Positions 59,239-64,000 of a stretch of DNA of 64,000 nt are shown piece by piece (within the stretch, counting starts at the first letter, position 1; the number at the start of each line of letters is the position of its first letter). Position numbers and translations under genes: made by a program. The notes under the pieces were generated by a model. That model was given only the letters and a program-made list of their open reading frames with translations, was not told where the DNA came from and did no database searches. The DNA comes from Azolla caroliniana (Eukaryota; Plantae; Polypodiophyta). Where the stretch lies: the NCBI GenBank assembly GCA_043228905.1, contig JBHGNT010000007.1, forward strand, positions 14,818,001 through 14,882,000. The letters run 5' to 3'.

Positions 59239-60835
59239 CTCACTTGCCCACCTCTAAGCGGCGTGTCGCACATTCATTCCATCTATGATTTGGAGGAACT
59301 TCAAGGCCAAGATATTTGAAGCTTTCCACACATTCAAGTGGCTCATTGTTGTACATAATGCATGGTTTATCTCTTTTTTGGCTCTTCACAAGCATAATCT
59401 TTGTTTTAGAGCTATTGACACTTTATTTAGTATGCATGCAAAAAATTTCCAATGCCTTCATAAGCTTTTGTGCATCTCCTAAAGTATTTGCAAAAAGCAC
59501 TACATCATCTGCATATAGCAAAAGCATAATCACAACTTTCCCAATGGCAACTTCTTCAACACATTCTTCCTTTGCAAACTTGGTAACCATTTCTTCCAAT
59601 TCATCAATGCATAGACCAAATAGTGTTGGTGAGAGTGGGCATCCTTGCTTAACACCAATAGTGCTTTTGAAAAAATCTGAAAGTTTATCTCTCATGCGCA
59701 CACAACATATAACCTTCTCATAAATTCGGGAAATTGCAAGCATATATTCACTTGGCACCTCAAGTTCTTCCATTCGCCTCCAAAGATGCTCACGAGGTAC
59801 CATATCAAAAGCTTTCTTGAAGTCTACAAAGCAACAATATAAACCTTTACCTCTAAGGCGACTTTCCTCCATTAATACTTGAAGGGTGATAAGGTGATCA
59901 ATGGTGCTATGGTGTTTCCGAAAGCCAGCTTGTCCATAAGCTCTCTTACCACTTTTTTCAGCCCATACACTTATCTTTGATTCCATTATACATCCAAATA
60001 GTTTTGCCATTAATGAGCCAACCATGATGGTTCGATAGTTGTTTACATTATTTATATCTCCACCTTTATGTAAAGGTTTGATCCAATTTGTAGTCCAATC
60101 GTATGACATACCATGTTGCAATGCATCATTAAACATATCGCTTATCCATATATGTGCTTCCTTTCCCGTCCATTTGAGCATTTCAGCCTTTATACATTGA
60201 AGATCGCTTGCCTTTCGAGAGGCCAATTTCTTAAGTCCTATGAATATATCTTCAATTGTAAAGAAGGGAGGCATATGTGAAAGAGAACCATAACACATCA
60301 TCTTTCCGGCAAGAGATAACTCATATAAATTCTTACAATGCATAGACAAGTCGTGAAGAGTTAAGTCACCATAACTCTCAACACGTTTTCCCTTTAGATT
60401 TCCCCAAAATTTAGCACATGCATGTGCTTTCTCTTGCGTTTGGATAAATTGTTGAGTAACTTCCCATATTCTTCTCTTTCTTTGAATAAGCCTTTTATAC
60501 TCATGCAAATGCTTTTGGTAATTCTCTCTATCCTTAACTACATCCAAAACCATAAGGCACTTTCAAGCTTCACGACATTCTTTATCAAACCATTTTTTCC
60601 TAAGTTTCTTGGTGCACTTCCAAGATGTGCGGTTGGTCGAAAAACATTTGTTTGTACATGAAAGAATGACTTTCTTGAAAGCTTCCCATTTGCATTCTAG
60701 TGTGGCACCATGTTGTATCTTTGTCATTTGTAACATATCCTCAACCATCTTGGAATACATGGGTGCTCGCTTAAGGTTCATGCTCAAGTGCGGTTGTTTA
60801 TTATCTTCAATAGCCTTCTCACAATCAAACCTATG
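59239..60835 (-). mobile_element. Non-LTR retrotransposon RT region (5' part of the same LINE)
   Basis: NYRTIMV, QAGFRK, FVDFKKAFD, GVKQGCPLSPTLF, LLYADDVVL. Confidence 0.92.
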
Positions 60836-61570
60836 TGTTGAGAGACAAGCTCAACATCGGCCGGATCGGTTGGGACCGATCGGTTAGGCCGAGTGCGTAC
60901 ACCGGGTGGTCGTTAGGAAAGATATTCCATGAGGAATATATTTGGGAGTTAGTGTAGGAGCTCTTAATGAGCATTGAAGTACTGTCAGTACTCCGGTCAA
61001 TCCTTCTAGGACTTGTATAAAAGTGCTCACTGAGCACGTCTTATGTACTAACTGAGTATTATTGTTGAATACAGTTTTTTGTGTTTTCTCTCTCTGTCTC
61101 TCCCGAGTATACTGCGTAAGCTTAAGCTCTCCATTAAACCTGAGTTTCCTTCCTTCTGTTCGGTCTTTATACTTGCTTCCGCACGTTGCTTTCTACATGG
61201 TATCAGAGCGCGAGGGTTGAGAACCTCTCTGCAGCCGACAAAGCTTGACGAAGAAGAACGAGAAGAACGATGGATAGAGGCATGGCGAGCTCGCTTCCAA
61301 CAGAGAAGCTCGACAGAACCAACTACGCGTCTTGTTGTAGGTTTTAGAGTTAGGGTTAGGGTTAAGGATGATGATGGTTAACGATGACAAAGATAGACAT
61401 GGTGAAATAGCAAAGATGATGAAGAGTATGATGGTGAGAGAGATTGACATGAAGATGTTGAGAATTATTGAGAAGCATTGCGGAGTAAGGATGACATTGA
61501 TGAGCATTGCGGGGTGGGGGGTGGTGCCTAGAATGGCTCCACCCCCCTCCCAAGGGGTTCAACGTTGAGG

Positions 61571-61611
<41 letters not shown>

Positions 61612-63543
61612 AAAGAGAGATAGAGAGAAATGTTCATTCATGTTTCATTCATTCCCCATAAGGGGGTTAAATAGTACAAGAGGGGATAGATACATAGGGG
61701 TGTAAGCCCCCTAGAGCATTCATATTGGACACTCACTCACACCTCATCGTATCCCTCCACATGCACACACTTGTGCATGTGTTCACATACATATCGACTC
61801 ACAATTACATTTATGTTCCCTACACATACACAACAACATCATGATAACATTCGAACCTCGATCATCACACTTGACTCTCCGTACATCTCGTACGGGGTAA
61901 CACAATATGACATGCCCGTGGGAAAGTGCCTTGCACGTCGATCCCACATGCCTTGATGATGATATATCTTCGACCGAAACTCCATCGGTCCATTGATCGA
62001 CTCCCTCGATCGGAGTGCTTGACTCGAACATCTTTGTCGGTCAGCAAATCTTCCGCGACACGAACATCTTCGGTCGACTTACGAACTTCGTAAAATCATT
62101 CGGGTCATCAAAAAAACGTTGTATGTATGTGTGTTCCTTTTGTTGGTTTTGTGAGTTGTGTGTCAATCGCGTCCATTTCTTTTAGGTTCATGAGTTTTCG
62201 ACATTTCGTAGGTGCCCTTTGATTTTTTTAAATTTTGACAATGCCATCATGTTTTTCGAAATTCTTCAGATGCCCTTAGGTTTTCAAAACTCCTCCAATG
62301 CCCCTTATCATTCTCTTTTTCCCTCTTTTTTCTTTTCTTGTTTCCTTCTTTTTCTCTTGCTTCTGTCGTTTCCCTCCTTTCTATCTGTCTGTCTCTTCCA
62401 ATTCCTTCCTTCTTCTTCTTCTTGTTTTCTTCTTCTTCAACGTCTCTTTCTCTGTGTTTTCTATTCGACCATTCCGTCCGCTCTCTGGCTTCTGTCGGTT
62501 GGTGATGACCGTTCTTGAAGCCCCTCTCGTCGTCGCCGGCCCTGTCCGGCCGGTCTGCAGTCGCGTGGCCGTCTGTTTTGGCTGAGCTCCGTCACTTGGC
62601 CACTCTTCAGTCGTCATCCGGTTGTCGTTCGGCTGCTGTCTGGCCGCTTCCGGCAATCTCCATCACCGTCGTTGTTTGGCGTCATCAGGTCCGGCCGCCT
62701 CCATTCCGACGCCATTCAGCCACTGGGACCGTTCTTAGGTCGCTTTCCGACAAGTGCTCTGTCACCTCTTGTTCTGTCACCATCTCCGTATCACCTTCTT
62801 GGCCGTGGTTTGGCTGTGTCTTTTCGGCTCTTTTTGGTTGTGTCGCTTGAGTCTATTTTTCTTGCCTGTGTCAGTTTGCTCATAAAACACTACAGATTCA
62901 TCTCTTCGAAATTCCTAAGACGGGAACATAGAATGATTGGGAGAATGTCATTCAAACAGAAATCCATAGTCTCTATAGTTTGGTAGTTCGTTCTATCTTC
63001 TTCCTTAATCATGTTGCATCCTTCAGAATCTCTTTCATCGGTAAGATTCGAAATGGAGAAGACGCAAACCGAAACCCTAATGACACAACATCATAATCAT
63101 CGTAATCATTGTATTTTACTCCTATTTCTTTGACCTTTTCCCCATCTCTTGCACACGGTCATTGCCATTGTTGTAGTCTCGCACAACGTCATCATTTCAT
63201 CATCATCGCTGTTACACGCACATTTCGTTGTTGCCATGTCTTTGCCGCATATTCGTCTTCGACTTCATCTTCAAAGGGGGGGTCGCCTTAGTGGTCGCCA
63301 AAAGGTGTTGTAGGTTTTAGAGTTAGGGTTAGGGTTAAGGATGATGATGGTTAACGATGACGAAGATAGACATGGTGAAATAGCAAAGATGATGAAGAGT
63401 ATGATGGTGAGAGAGATTGACATGAAGATGTTGAGAATTATTGAGAAGCATTGCGGAGTAAGGATGACATTGATGAGCATTGCGGGGTGGGGGGTGGTGC
63501 CTAGAATGCCTCCACCCCCCTCCCAAGGGGTTCAACGTTGAGG

Positions 63544-63592
<49 letters not shown>

Positions 63593-64000
63593 AAAGAGAG
63601 ATAGAGAGAAATGTTCATTCATGTTTCATTCATTCCCCATAAGGGGGTTAAATAGTACAAGAGGGGATAGATACATAGGGGTGTAAGCCCCCTAGAGCAT
63701 TCATATTGGACACTCACTCACACCTCATCGTATCCCTCCACATGCACACACGTGTGCATGTGTTCACATACATATCGACTCACAATTACATTTATGTTCC
63801 CTACACATACACAACAACATCATGATAACATTCGACCCTCGATCATCACACTTGACTCTCCGTACATCTCGTACGGGGTAACACATCTTGGTCCTACAAG
63901 ATGCACCAGTACCTACTCGGGCACGGCTACTAGAGTTATGTCGAAGGAGCTAATGACGCGGCACCCGAATCGACAGACAGAGACTTCCCATCGTGGGAGC
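60836..64000 (+). mobile_element. Copia F (same family as Copia B), 5' end; continues beyond the window
   Basis: LTR 60836-61197; PBS-Met 61198-61209; gag NYASWSYKMHQYLLG split at 61332/63884. Confidence 0.9.
61333..63883 (-). mobile_element. Element G: non-coding, non-autonomous LTR element (large TRIM-like)
   Basis: LTRs 61333-61902 and 63306-63883 (TGTTG...TAACA), near-identical; TSD CGTCT/CATCT; PBS-like TGGCGACCAC at 63300-63291. Confidence 0.85.

Noticed and set aside
61345-61362. Telomere repeat TTAGGG
   Set aside because: Only 2-3 units inside an LTR; telo-box-like, not a telomeric array
62219-62986. ORFs in the element G interior
   Set aside because: Low-complexity CT-rich translations with no retroelement motifs

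Overview
This window is a nest of plant transposable elements, and I found no convincing host gene. The element types (Tcn1-like chromovirus, fungal-like Gypsy, Sola-like transposase, RTE/RTEX-like LINE) suggest a non-seed land plant, but that is an inference. Nest 1 (1-34859): a minus-strand Tcn1-like chromovirus was interrupted by a Tnt1-like Copia (A, 782-33252). Copia A in turn received a tRNA-Trp-primed Gypsy in its 5' LTR, a minus-strand Copia (B) in the TATA box of its 3' LTR, and a large TIR DNA transposon in its pol (4657-26211, ATAT TSD, 25-bp TIRs). The DNA transposon encodes a spliced Sola2-type DDD transposase. On the opposite strand it carries a multi-exon cargo gene with a coiled-coil region, a RING-H2 finger and a degenerate FCP1/HAD phosphatase-like domain. 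A long intron predicted in each gene is filled with a satellite of the palindrome TAGCTAATTAGCTA, and the same motif sits beside both TIRs. A chimeric three-LTR tandem Copia (5501-15694, two open gag-pol ORFs, no TSD) lies inside the cargo gene. Nest 2 (38133-64000): a LINE was interrupted by an Athila/Tat-like Gypsy with a long extra 3' ORF. That Gypsy contains a Trp-PBS Gypsy with an ACGT TSD, which contains a non-autonomous gag-protease-chromodomain element. The LINE is also cut by a Copia that holds a 2.55-kb non-coding LTR element. Readable cis-signals include a Tf1-type self-priming site, two kinds of -1 frameshift cassette and apparent ACGT target preference.
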